64,000 bases of DNA from Nemertoderma westbladi (taxonomy: Eukaryota; Animalia; Xenacoelomorpha): contig JAUCBJ010000788.1 of the NCBI GenBank assembly GCA_032718475.1, positions 124,001 through 188,000 of the forward strand, read 5' to 3'. Both the position numbers and the translations under genes were made by a program. Within the stretch, counting starts at the first letter, position 1. Each line of letters opens with the position of its first letter. The notes beneath the pieces were generated by a model. The model ran no database searches. It was not told the DNA's origin and was given only the letters and a program-made list of their open reading frames with translations. Shown here piece after piece: positions 1 to 12,710 of this stretch.

Positions 1-710
1 ACAGAACCATAAAATTTGGATCAATAACATACAGTACAGTATATACTGTATCAACCAGCAAAGCATATAGAACTTATTAACGTAATATATGCAACGCATT
101 CATTTGGCGCAGGACGATGTAATCATACTTAGCATAAGGGTTCCATTGTTTCAAATGTTTAATAGACGATTTCTACTGTAGGTAGAGGTAGACATGTTTA
201 CTGCTGAGTCCCCTTACTAAAATTCTAATTCAGATTTTTGACACCACAACGCCATAGTTTGTTTTTATTTTATCATATATTGAGAGTTATTAGCCTTCAA
301 AGATTTTCCAGCCTACATACTGACGGACTGACCTGGCTGAAACAGCTCAGAAACATGCTCATCACGCTTACTTTGTCGCCCCATATTTCTTTGCGAAATA
401 ATATTTACCCTCTAAAAATTTCATTGCGTGCAAATGCTATACATAAAAAAGTAGACCTAAACTGTAGTGTAATGTACAGTATATAAACTTGTAATTATAT
501 GGAAAACAAACGCGCTTTTTCCTCGGCGGCACCTTGATGTAGAATTCGCACAATTGTTTATTGCACAAAATGTCCTTTTCACCTCCCCTTAACTGGATTT
601 TTTTACTTTCCCTCGCTAGCAGTAAACTATCGTGCACGTAAAGGATCCAGCCGTCACCGCATAGATCATTCTAACTTATCCTCCAGGTAGTACCAGTAGA
701 CGTTGGATAT

Positions 711-1338
711 ACTAGGATCGGCATGAGGCATTGCAGCTGCATTTTTAAGAATGCTGTGCCGGCTTGTCGACAAAATTGCGCCGCCACAACTCCCTATCAC
801 CCATGACATTTGCTAGAGCATCCGCATCTTCAAAGCCAGTGTCCTTTAAGATGCGTCTCAAGAAAGTCATGGGCTGTCCACCATGCTTAGTCACTCCACG
901 AACCTGCCAAAGCACAAGATTATGCACTGGCTGGTCCTCACGGCGATAGCAATGTCCTGCAAAGCGGAGGCGATACTGTTCTAGTGTCAAGCTTGGGGGA
1001 ACCAATGAGACACCTCCAATGTTATATAGTGTCTGGATGGAGATGTGTGCATTGTACTTGACACAATGAACCCGGCGTAGCATTATTGTGAATGTGCCAT
1101 CCAAAGATTTGGTGTTCTCAGCAGTTAGAGCCCAGCATGGACTCCCATAGAGGAGTACGGGAACTACTGCTGCTCTAAATAATCGGACCTAAGTTTCCGA
1201 ATAATTCTCGGTGACTTCCAAATCCTGGAAAGCCTATTCAAGGCTGCCCATGCCTTTCCCTTACGTATTCGATGGTCCTCACCTGACTTCCGGATCCATG
1301 ATCCCAGGTAACAGAAGTAGAAATAACAACGAAATAAC
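711..1338 (-). mobile_element. 5'-truncated RTE-like non-LTR retrotransposon fragment (ORF C-terminus, frameshifted)
   Basis: Translations YLGSWI..RKGKAWAALNRLSRIWKS, VLLYGSPCWAL, RLRFAGHCYRR are typical of the RTE-clade C-terminus. Flanked by a 13-bp direct repeat AGACGTTGGATAT (698-710, 1339-1351), a possible TSD. Confidence 0.8.
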
Positions 1339-1565
1339 AGACGTTGGATATGCGGTGTGTCTGATAGTACCAGTGTATGCCTAAATGCCACTAAAATTGA
1401 TAATTTTGCATTGCAGTAATTAATTATTAATTACATTGTAAATAATTACCCAATTACCCAGGTACCTCTTCGCGGGGCATAGATTCTCCGTGAGGACCAG
1501 CCTGGGAAATCTCTTTTGCTTTGGCAGCCTCATGGAGAGAATAAGCAAGCTGGGAAAGTCCGTGA

Positions 1566-4500
1566 CTTTCCTGACACATCTATTAAGTGAGAGCAGCCTT
1601 GTAGAAAGTCTTTCCTGACACATCTATTAAGTGACAGCAGCCTTGTAGAACGTCTTTCCTGACACATCTATTAAGTGAGAGCAGCCTTGTAGAAAGTCTT
1701 TCCTGACACATCTATTAAGTGACAGCAGCCTTGTAGAACGTCTTTCCTGACACATCTATTAAGTGACAGCAGCCTTGTAGAAAGTCTTTCCTGACACATC
1801 TATTAAGTGACAGCAGCCTTGTAGAAAGTCTTTCCTGACACATCTATTAAGTGACAGCAGCCTTGTAGAAAGTCTTTCCTGACACATCTATTAAGTGAGA
1901 GCAGCCTTGTAGAACGTCTTTCCTGACACATCTATTAAGTGACAGCAGCCTTGTAGAATGTCTTTCCTGACACATCTATTAAGTGAGAGCAGCCTTGTAG
2001 AAAGTCTTTCCTGACACATCTATTAAGTGAGAGCAGCCTTGTAGAAAGTCTTTCCTGACACATCTATTAAGTGACAGCAGCCTTGTAGAACGTCTTTCCT
2101 GACACATCTATTAAGTGAGAGCAGCCTTGTAGAAAGTCTTTCCTGACACATCTATTAAGTGACAGCAGCCTTGTAGAAAGTCTTTCCTGACACATCTATT
2201 AAGTGAGAGCAGCCTTGTAGAAAGTCTTTCCTGACACATCTATTAAGTGACAGCAGCCTTGTAGAACGTCTTTCCTGACACATCTATTAAGTGAGAGCAG
2301 CCTTGTAGAAAGTCTTTCCTGACACATCTATTAAGTGACAGCAGCCTTGTAGAACGTCTTTCCTGACACATCTATTAAGTGACAGCAGCCTTGTAGAACG
2401 TCTTTCCTGACACATCTATTAAGTGACAGCAGCCTTGTAGAAAGTCTTTCCTGACACATCTATTAAGTGACAGCAGCCTTGTAGAACGTCTTTCCTGACA
2501 CATCTATTAAGTGACAGCAGCCTTGTAGAAAGTCTTTCCTGACACATCTATTAAGTGACAGCAGCCTTGTAGAACGTCTTTCCTGACACATCTATTAAGT
2601 GACAGCAGCCTTGTAGAAAGTCTTTCCTGACACATCTATTAAGTGACAGCAGCCTTGTAGAACGTCTTTCCTGACACATCTATTAAGTGACAGCAGCCTT
2701 GTAGAACGTCTTTCCTGACACATCTATTAAGTGACAGCAGCCTTGTAGAAAGTCTTTCCTGACACATCTATTAAGTGACAGCAGCCTTGTAGAACGTCTT
2801 TCCTGACACATCTATTAAGTGAGAGCAGCCTTGTAGAACGTCTTTCCTGACACATCTATTAAGTGAGAGCAGCCTTGTAGAACGTCTTTCCTGACACATC
2901 TATTAAGTGACAGCAGCCTTGTAGAAAGTCTTTCCTGACACATCTATTAAGTGACAGCAGCCTTGTAGAACGTCTTTCCTGACACATCTATTAAGTGACA
3001 GCAGCCTTGTAGAACGTCTTTCCTGACACATCTATTAAGTGACAGCAGCCTTGTAGAACGTCTTTCCTGACACATCTATTAAGTGACAGCAGCCTTGTAG
3101 AACGTCTTTCCTGACACATCTATTAAGTGACAGCAGCCTTGTAGAAAGTCTTTCCTGACACATCTATTAAGTGACAGCAGCCTTGTAGAACGTCTTTCCT
3201 GACACATCTATTAAGTGAGAGCAGCCTTGTAGAACGTCTTTCCTGACACATCTATTAAGTGAGAGCAGCCTTGTAGAACGTCTTTCCTGACACATCTATT
3301 AAGTGAGAGCAGCCTTGTAGAACGTCTTTCCTGACACATCTATTAAGTGAGAGCAGCCTTGTAGAAAGTCTTTCCTGACACATCTATTAAGTGACAGCAG
3401 CCTTGTAGAACGTCTTTCCTGACACATCTATTAAGTGACAGCAGCCTTGTAGAACGTCTTTCCTGACACATCTATTAAGTGACAGCAGCCTTGTAGAAAG
3501 TCTTTCCTGACACATCTATTAAGTGACAGCAGCCTTGTAGAACGTCTTTCCTGACACATCTATTAAGTGACAGCAGCCTTGTAGAAAGTCTTTCCTGACA
3601 CATCTATTAAGTGACAGCAGCCTTGTAGAACGTCTTTCCTGACACATCTATTAAGTGACAGCAGCCTTGTAGAAAGTCTTTCCTGACACATCTATTAAGT
3701 GACAGCAGCCTTGTAGAACGTCTTTCCTGACACATCTATTAAGTGACAGCAGCCTTGTAGAACGTCTTTCCTGACACATCTATTAAGTGACAGCAGCCTT
3801 GTAGAAAGTCTTTCCTGACACATCTATTAAGTGACAGCAGCCTTGTAGAACGTCTTTCCTGACACATCTATTAAGTGACAGCAGCCTTGTAGAACGTCTT
3901 TCCTGACACATCTATTAAGTGACAGCAGCCTTGTAGAACGTCTTTCCTGACACATCTATTAAGTGACAGCAGCCTTGTAGAACGTCTTTCCTGACACATC
4001 TATTAAGTAACAGTAGCCTTGTAGAAAGTCTTTCCTGACACATCTATTAAGTGACAGCAGCCTTGTAGAACGTCTTTCCTGACACATCTATTAAGTGACA
4101 GCAGCCTTGTAGAAAGTCTTTCCTGACACATCTATTAAGTGACAGCAGCCTTGTAGAAAGTCTTTCCTGACACATCTATTAAGTGACAGCAGCCTTGTAG
4201 AAAGTCTTTCCTGACACATCTATTAAGTGAGAGCAGCCTTGTAGAACGTCTTTCCTGACACATCTATTAAGTGACAGCAGCCTTGTAGAAAGTCTTTCCT
4301 GACACATCTATTAAGTGAGAGCAGCCTTGTAGAAAGTCTTTCCTGACACATCTATTAAGTGAGAGCAGCCTTGTAGAAAGTCTTTCCTGACACATCTATT
4401 AAGTGACAGCAGCCTTGTAGAACGTCTTTCCTGACACATCTATTAAGTGAGAGCAGCCTTGTAGAAAGTCTTTCCTGACACATCTATTAAGTGACAGCAG

Positions 4501-7500
4501 CCTTGTAGAAAGTCTTTCCTGACACATCTATTAAGTGAGAGCAGCCTTGTAGAAAGTCTTTCCTGACACATCTATTAAGTGAGAGCAGCCTTGTAGAAAG
4601 TCTTTCCTGACACAAGTGACAGCAGCCTTGTAGAACGTCTTTCCTGACACATCTATTAAGTGAGAGCAGCCTTGTAGAAAGTCTTTCCTGACACATCTAT
4701 TAAGTGACAGCAGCCTTGTAGAAAGTCTTTCCTGACACATCTATTAAGTGACAGCAGCCTTGTAGAACGTCTTTCCTGACACATCTATTAAGTGACAGCA
4801 GCCTTGTAGAAAGTCTTTCCTGACACATCTATTAAGTGAGAGCAGCCTTGTAGAAAGTCTTTCCTGACACATCTATTAAGTGAGAGCAGCCTTGTAGAAA
4901 GTCTTTCCTGACACATCTATTAAGTGACAGCAGCCTTGTAGAAAGTCTTTCCTGACACATCTATTAAGTGACAGCAGCCTTGTAGAACGTCTTTCCTGAC
5001 ACATCTATTAAGTGACAGCAGCCTTGTAGAAAGTCTTTCCTGACACATCTATTAAGTGAGAGCAGCCTTGTAGAAAGTCTTTCCTGACACATCTATTAAG
5101 TGACAGCAGCCTTGTAGAAAGTCTTTCCTGACACATCTATTAAGTGACAGCAGCCTTGTAGAACGTCTTTCCTGACACATCTATTAAGTGACAGCAGCCT
5201 TGTAGAACGTCTTTCCTGACACATCTATTAAGTGACAGCAGCCTTGTAGAACGTCTTTCCTGACACATCTATTAAGTGACAGCAGCCTTGTAGAACGTCT
5301 TTCCTGACACATCTATTAAGTGACAGCAGCCTTGTAGAACGTCTTTCCTGACACATCTATTAAGTGACAGCAGCCTTGTAGAACGTCTTTCCTGACACAT
5401 CTATTAAGTGACAGCAGCCTTGTAGAACGTCTTTCCTGACACATCTATTAAGTAACAGTAGCCTTGTAGAAAGTCTTTCCTGACACATCTATTAAGTGAC
5501 AGCAGCCTTGTAGAACGTCTTTCCTGACACATCTATTAAGTGACAGCAGCCTTGTAGAAAGTCTTTCCTGACACATCTATTAAGTGACAGCAGCCTTGTA
5601 GAAAGTCTTTCCTGACACATCTATTAAGTGACAGCAGCCTTGTAGAAAGTCTTTCCTGACACATCTATTAAGTGACAGCAGCCTTGTAGAAAGTCTTTCC
5701 TGACACATCTATTAAGTGAGAGCAGCCTTGTAGAAAGTCTTTCCTGACACATCTATTAAGTGAGAGCAGCCTTGTAGAACGTCTTTCCTGACACATCTAT
5801 TAAGTGACAGCAGCCTTGTAGAAAGTCTTTCCTGACACATCTATTAAGTGACAGCAGCCTTGTAGAACGTCTTTCCTGACACATCTATTAAGTGAGAGCA
5901 GCCTTGTAGAAAGTCTTTCCTGACACATCTATTAAGTGACAGCAGCCTTGTAGAAAGTCTTTCCTGACACATCTATTAAGTGAGAGCAGCCTTGTAGAAA
6001 GTCTTTCCTGACACATCTATTAAGTGAGAGCAGCCTTGTAGAAAGTCTTTCCTGACACATCTATTAAGTGACAGCAGCCTTGTAGAACGTCTTTCCTGAC
6101 ACATCTATTAAGTGAGAGCAGCCTTGTAGAAAGTCTTTCCTGACACATCTATTAAGTGACAGCAGCCTTGTAGAAAGTCTTTCCTGACACATCTATTAAG
6201 TGAGAGCAGCCTTGTAGAAAGTCTTTCCTGACACATCTATTAAGTGACAGCAGCCTTGTAGAAAGTCTTTCCTGACACATCTATTAAGTGACAGCAGCCT
6301 TGTAGAAAGTCTTTCCTGACACATCTATTAAGTGAGAGCAGCCTTGTAGAAAGTCTTTCCTGACACATCTATTAAGTGAGAGCAGCCTTGTAGAAAGTCT
6401 TTCCTGACACATCTATTAAGTGAGAGCAGCCTTGTAGAAAGTCTTTCCTGACACATCTATTAAGTGACAGCAGCCTTGTAGAACGTCTTTCCTGACACAT
6501 CTATTAAGTGAGAGCAGCCTTGTAGAAAGTCTTTCCTGACACATCTATTAAGTGACAGCAGCCTTGTAGAAAGTCTTTCCTGACACATCTATTAAGTGAG
6601 AGCAGCCTTGTAGAAAGTCTTTCCTGACACATCTATTAAGTGAGAGCAGCCTTGTAGAAAGTCTTTCCTGACACATCTATTAAGTGACAGCAGCCTTGTA
6701 GAAAGTCTTTCCTGACACATCTATTAAGTGAGAGCAGCCTTGTAGAAAGTCTTTCCTGACACATCTATTAAGTGAGAGCAGCCTTGTAGAAAGTCTTTCC
6801 TGACACATCTATTAAGTGACAGCAGCCTTGTAGAAAGTCTTTCCTGACACATCTATTAAGTGAGAGCAGCCTTGTAGAAAGTCTTTCCTGACACATCTAT
6901 TAAGTGACAGCAGCCTTGTAGAAAGTCTTTCCTGACACATCTATTAAGTGACAGCAGCCTTGTAGAAAGTCTTTCCTGACACATCTATTAAGTGACAGCA
7001 GCCTTGTAGAACGTCTTTCCTGACACATCTATTAAGTGACAGCAGCCTTGTAGAATGTCTTTCCTGACACATCTATTAAGTGACAGCAGCCTTGTAGAAC
7101 GTCTTTCCTGACACATCTATTAAGTGACAGCAGCCTTGTAGAACGTCTTTCCTGACACATCTATTAAGTGACAGCAGCCTTGTAGAACGTCTTTCCTGAC
7201 ACATCTATTAAGTGACAGCAGCCTTGTAGAAAGTCTTTCCTGACACATCTATTAAGTGACAGCAGCCTTGTAGAACGTCTTTCCTGACACATCTATTAAG
7301 TAACAGTAGCCTTGTAGAAAGTCTTTCCTGACACATCTATTAAGTGACAGCAGCCTTGTAGAACGTCTTTCCTGACACATCTATTAAGTGACAGCAGCCT
7401 TGTAGAACGTCTTTCCTGACACATCTATTAAGTAACAGTAGCCTTGTAGAAAGTCTTTCCTGACACATCTATTAAGTGACAGCAGCCTTGTAGAACGTCT

Positions 7501-9830
7501 TTCCTGACACATCTATTAAGTGACAGCAGCCTTGTAGAAAGTCTTTCCTGACACATCTATTAAGTGACAGCAGCCTTGTAGAAAGTCTTTCCTGACACAT
7601 CTATTAAGTGACAGCAGCCTTGTAGAAAGTCTTTCCTGACACATCTATTAAGTGAGAGCAGCCTTGTAGAACGTCTTTCCTGACACATCTATTAAGTGAC
7701 AGCAGCCTTGTAGAAAGTCTTTCCTGACACATCTATTAAGTGACAGCAGCCTTGTAGAAAGTCTTTCCTGACACATCTATTAAGTGACAGCAGCCTTGTA
7801 GAAAGTCTTTCCTGACACATCTATTAAGTGACAGCAGCCTTGTAGAAAGTCTTTCCTGACACATCTATTAAGTGAGAGCAGCCTTGTAGAAAGTCTTTCC
7901 TGACACATCTATTAAGTGAGAGCAGCCTTGTAGAACGTCTTTCCTGACACATCTATTAAGTGACAGCAGCCTTGTAGAAAGTCTTTCCCGACACATCTAT
8001 TAAGTGACAGCAGCCTTGTAGAACGTCTTTCCTGACACATCTATTAAGTGAGAGCAGCCTTGTAGAAAGTCTTTCCTGACACATCTATTAAGTGACAGCA
8101 GCCTTGTAGAAAGTCTTTCCTGACACATCTATTAAGTGAGAGCAGCCTTGTAGAAAGTCTTTCCTGACACATCTATTAAGTGAGAGCAGCCTTGTAGAAA
8201 GTCTTTCCTGACACATCTATTAAGTGACAGCAGCCTTGTAGAACGTCTTTCCTGACACATCTATTAAGTGAGAGCAGCCTTGTAGAAAGTCTTTCCTGAC
8301 ACATCTATTAAGTGACAGCAGCCTTGTAGAAAGTCTTTCCTGACACATCTATTAAGTGAGAGCAGCCTTGTAGAAAGTCTTTCCTGACACATCTATTAAG
8401 TGACAGCAGCCTTGTAGAACGTCTTTCCTGACACATCTATTAAGTGAGAGCAGCCTTGTAGAAAGTCTTTCCTGACACATCTATTAAGTGACAGCAGCCT
8501 TGTAGAAAGTCTTTCCTGACACATCTATTAAGTGACAGCAGCCTTGTAGAACGTCTTTCCTGACACATCTATTAAGTGACAGCAGCCTTGTAGAACGTCT
8601 TTCCTGACACATCTATTAAGTGAGAGCAGCCTTGTAGAAAGTCTTTCCTGACACATCTATTAAGTGACAGCAGCCTTGTAGAAAGTCTTTCCTGACACAT
8701 CTATTAAGTGAGAGCAGCCTTGTAGAAAGTCTTTCCTGACACATCTATTAAGTGACAGCAGCCTTGTAGAACGTCTTTCCTGACACATCTATTAAGTGAG
8801 AGCAGCCTTGTAGAAAGTCTTTCCTGACACATCTATTAAGTGACAGCAGCCTTGTAGAAAGTCTTTCCTGACACATCTATTAAGTGACAGCAGCCTTGTA
8901 GAACGTCTTTCCTGACACATCTATTAAGTGACAGCAGCCTTGTAGAAAGTCTTTCCTGACACATCTATTAAGTGACAGCAGCCTTGTAGAACGTCTTTCC
9001 TGACACATCTATTAAGTGACAGCAGCCTTGTAGAACGTCTTTCCTGACACATCTATTAAGTGACAGCAGCCTTGTAGAACGTCCTTCCTGACACATCTAT
9101 TAAGTAACAGTAGCCTTGTAGAAAGTCTTTCCTGACACATCTATTAAGTGAGAGCAGCCTTGTAGAAAGTCTTTCCTGACACATCTATTAAGTGACAGCA
9201 GCCTTGTAGAACGTCTTTCCTGACACATCTATTAAGTGACAGCAGCCTTGTAGAAAGTCTTTCCTGACACATCTATTAAGTGACAGCAGCCTTGTAGAAA
9301 GTCTTTCCTGACACATCTATTAAGTGACAGCAGCCTTGTAGAAAGTCTTTCCTGACACATCTATTAAGTGACAGCAGCCTTGTAGAACGTCTTTCCTGAC
9401 ACATCTATTAAGTGACAGCAGCCTTGTAGAACGTCCTTCCTGACACATCTATTAAGTAACAGTAGCCTTGTAGAAAGTCTTTCCTGACACATCTATTAAG
9501 TGAGAGCAGCCTTGTAGAAAGTCTTTCCTGACACATCTATTAAGTGACAGCAGCCTTGTAGAACGTCTTTCCTGACACATCTATTAAGTGACAGCAGCCT
9601 TGTAGAAAGTCTTTCCTGACACATCTATTAAGTGACAGCAGCCTTGTAGAAAGTCTTTCCTGACACATCTATTAAGTGACAGCAGCCTTGTAGAAAGTCT
9701 TTCCTGACACATCTATTAAGTGACAGCAGCCTTGTAGAAAGTCTTTCCTGACACATCTATTAAGTGACAGCAGCCTTGTAGAAAGTCTTTCCTGACACAT
9801 CTATTAAGTGACAGCAGCCTTGTAGAAAGT
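1566..9830. repeat. Tandem satellite, 44-bp unit, 188 copies
   Basis: Unit CTTTCCTGACACATCTATTAAGTGA(C/G)AGCAGCCTTGTAGAA(A/C)GT. One unit near 4610 lacks 7 bp; (8265+7)/44 = 188. Confidence 0.99.
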
Positions 9831-9896
9831 AATGAGTGATACTGAGTTTTGGGGTCGCAATTTTAGAATAGAATTTAATGCAAGTTGCAATCAAAC

Positions 9897-9984
9897 GTTG
9901 CCCTGGTGTGTGTCCTACTCCAGTCTTGGAGGTGAATCTGTTGTTCCACCTCCCAGACTGGAGTGGGGCACTCACCAGGGCAAC
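9897..9984 (+). other. 88-nt imperfect hairpin (pre-miRNA-like or tiny foldback element)
   Basis: GTTGCCCTGGTG pairs with CACCAGGGCAAC, ACTCCAGTCT with AGACTGGAGT, GGAGGTG with CACCTCC; two G:U pairs form on the + strand. Confidence 0.6.
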
Positions 9985-10677
9985 ACATCACCTGGCATCA
10001 ACTGTGCTTGACCGTGAACCCATGAAGCAAAGCATCCCTAACAGCAAACACAACCCTAATGATGTCACTGACACTACAACGACAATTGCTGTCAATTCTA
10101 TCGGTATTATTATATGTTACATTTTGGAATGAATTTCTATTGTAGCATTTCTAACAAAATCTGGTTATCCAGTTGTATGCTCCAGTACAACACTACATTG
10201 GGCACAAAGTCTATATAGGATAGGCCTTGCATACCCATTGTAATCAGTGGTCCTTGCAATTTGTTCCTATATACTGTAAGTAACAATATATATATGTAAC
10301 TAAGTCTGTCGGCGTCGGAGACTGTGTGTATATTTCGCAAAGGTTTATTTGAAATTAAACGGCAATTAATTGAATTAGAATGAAGAATTATAAATGATAA
10401 ATGATATTGGACGCTGAAAGTGCGAAATTAGTTAATTGCACTTAGGAATTGTTTGTACTGGTCTGTCCATGCGGTGCCTTCCAGGCATGTTGACATCGCC
10501 TGTCCTATAGTTCTACACCGCTCCTCCCGCACCCTCCGGGAACCATCTAAGCTCCTTACCCCTATCATTGTCCTGCCTGGGTCGCTTCCTCCCTTCCTGT
10601 TTACCCTTGAGGCTACTCATCCTCGCTGATACCGTCTTACCAAGCCCCATTGTTGGTTCTTTGGGCGCGGGTGTTAT

Positions 10678-11301
10678 TTATTCACGGTATCGCTTTGCAG
10701 GTGGTCCCATTGAGTCCTGTTTCCCCCTTTTAGCGTCCCACAAGATCATCTTCATCGCACGCGGCACGTGTTCCGCCAGAAAGTCCCTGAATTCTATCCT
10801 ATTTTCTGGTGACCATCTATCCAGATATCTTTGGGTGTTGATGACCCCTCCGTATGATGCCGCTGTCGCTACCTCCTGATACGCGAATGGTAGTCTCCTC
10901 TTGGTGATCTGCTGGTGGGCTTCTAGATTAATGTTGAAGAAGCCCCACTGGAACTCCTGGGCCTTCATCCTTTGTCGTGTCATGACTCCAACATCGGCCC
11001 ACTCCTCAAAAATGTGAAACTTCTCCCCGTCCTCCATACTCCAGTCATACTGGCGCTCATAGTGCCCCATAAACTTGCACTTCGAACACCTGTTGTGCAA
11101 CCTCAGGCACACACCCATCCTGTGCGTAGACTCATGGCAGTAAAGACACGCCGTCCCCTTCTGGTAACGGTATAGACAGTTCTTTTGCTGATGGGTTAGT
11201 CTCCCACAGTAAACGCAACCGTGTATCATTGTCTCTCGCCCCAAGTCCTCCTTGGCTCCACGTAGCCTCCTGGGTCTGTGGAGCCTCTGGTAGGTAAACA
11301 T
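10678..11301 (-). pseudogene. Element C accessory ORF, C-terminal part: three CCHC-type zinc knuckles plus conserved FE.xA..T..R..WGFF segment
   Basis: CVYCGRLTHQQKNC, CLYCHESTHRMGVC, CSKCKFMGH; homologous to ORF 20399-21178. Confidence 0.7.
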
Positions 11302-11874
11302 CTCGATGTTGTCTTCCCTACATTGTGTCCTCCCTCGTCATTGTTTCTCCAAACACTACCCGTGATGCTGTCCCTGGTTGCTCGCCCAGTTGGATCATGT
11401 TTGCCATGAAGTCCATTGCCGGCTCCCCGTGCTCCCAGGTCTGCTTACCGGGTGCATCTCATAAGGCTCTCGCCCCGCTGACTGTCACTACTCTCCCGTC
11501 CACCCAGTCCGTGTCCTTGTGGCCGATCCTCTCTATCGGTGGCATCGCCCCAAACTCGTCCTCCTACTCATCCCCTGCCGGGAGCGGATCCAAACCCGGG
11601 ATCCCAGTTAATCCATTGTGTCCCTTTCCGGCCTGGTATTCGCCCATGGCCTTCCACCCTTCTACCTCCCTTGGTCTCTTCCTTCCGAAGTTGCCCTCAG
11701 AACCTGCAGGCATCGGCATTCCTTGCAGCCCCGATGTGGACTGTATCGGTGTCTCTTCCATCCAACCCAGTTCGTCCCCCAGCTAAAACTCGCCTGAGCT
11801 CTCCGATCCCCACATCAACACATCCAATTCTTGGACTTCGAACTCGTACTCCCCTCCCCTTATATCTGCCTCCC

Positions 11875-12558
11875 TTATCTCTCTCTTCTGGCGACTTCCT
11901 CTTGTCTCCTGTCCTCAACCCTATCTGCCTCCTGTTTCTCCCATTGCTTGTACAGTGTGTCTACCTCTCTGTCCACCAGGTGTCGGGTATTGTAATATAC
12001 CGACTCACCCTTCAGCCCCGGATGGTCTACAAGACCTTCTAGGGCCACCTTAAAGGCTCTCCTGTGGTTCAGAGGTGATCCTGATAGTAGGAATGCCGTC
12101 GGCTCCCTGCTGTTAATCACCGTGATGAATAGGTTTAGTAAACCTATCATTATCCAGTCCTCCTGTAGGATATATCTCTTCTGATATATCTTTATCGCTC
12201 CCTTCCAGAAGTGATATAGCTCCTCCTTCCCCAGTCTCGCTCCCAACTTGAGCGAGTTTGCAAGTTCCACTCCGTATTCCTCCCGGAAATTGTTCCAGTC
12301 CATCGGCTTGTGGCAGACGATTCCCATCAGTTGGCCCATCACCACGGCTCCGTAATCTCCCGTGTTGTCCACCAATCCCAATCCGTCTGGTTTCGTCATA
12401 GCCATGTAGACTACCTGCATGTTCAGAAGATTCGGGGTGCCCGGTCCAATAATTCTGTCCGCGTTGCCGCGTATCGCCGATCCCACCTTGACTGTAGTCT
12501 TCAGTCTCATTAGCTCCTGCACCGCTTTTGGCAACCGGTTTAACTTTGGCCCACTCAT
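11875..12558 (-). pseudogene. Element C accessory ORF, 3'-5' exonuclease (DnaQ/DEDDy-like) domain, N-terminally truncated
   Basis: LPKAVQELMRLKTTVKVGSAIRGNADRI matches the LP..L..ll.....KvG..i..D ExoII pattern of WRN/EXD2/RNase D-like domains; QKRYILQED resembles ExoIII. Confidence 0.6.
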
Positions 12559-12710
12559 CTTCCCATAGGTCCCTACGTCATCCTATTATCCTCACTGGTA
12601 CCACTCTGAGTAGTACTGTTCTCTTCCTTCTTGCTCCCATGGTACTCGTCGCCATTGTCTGGCCTCCAGTTCCATTAGTCTCGGCATACTTGATCGATGG
12701 TTCTTGACAT

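Noticed and set aside
1566-9830. CRISPR array
   Set aside because: Units are contiguous with no unique spacers, there are no cas genes, and the context is eukaryotic.
10137-10275. Cys-rich exon upstream of the transmembrane-like exon
   Set aside because: The Cys-rich frame contains several stops and no clear domain pattern.
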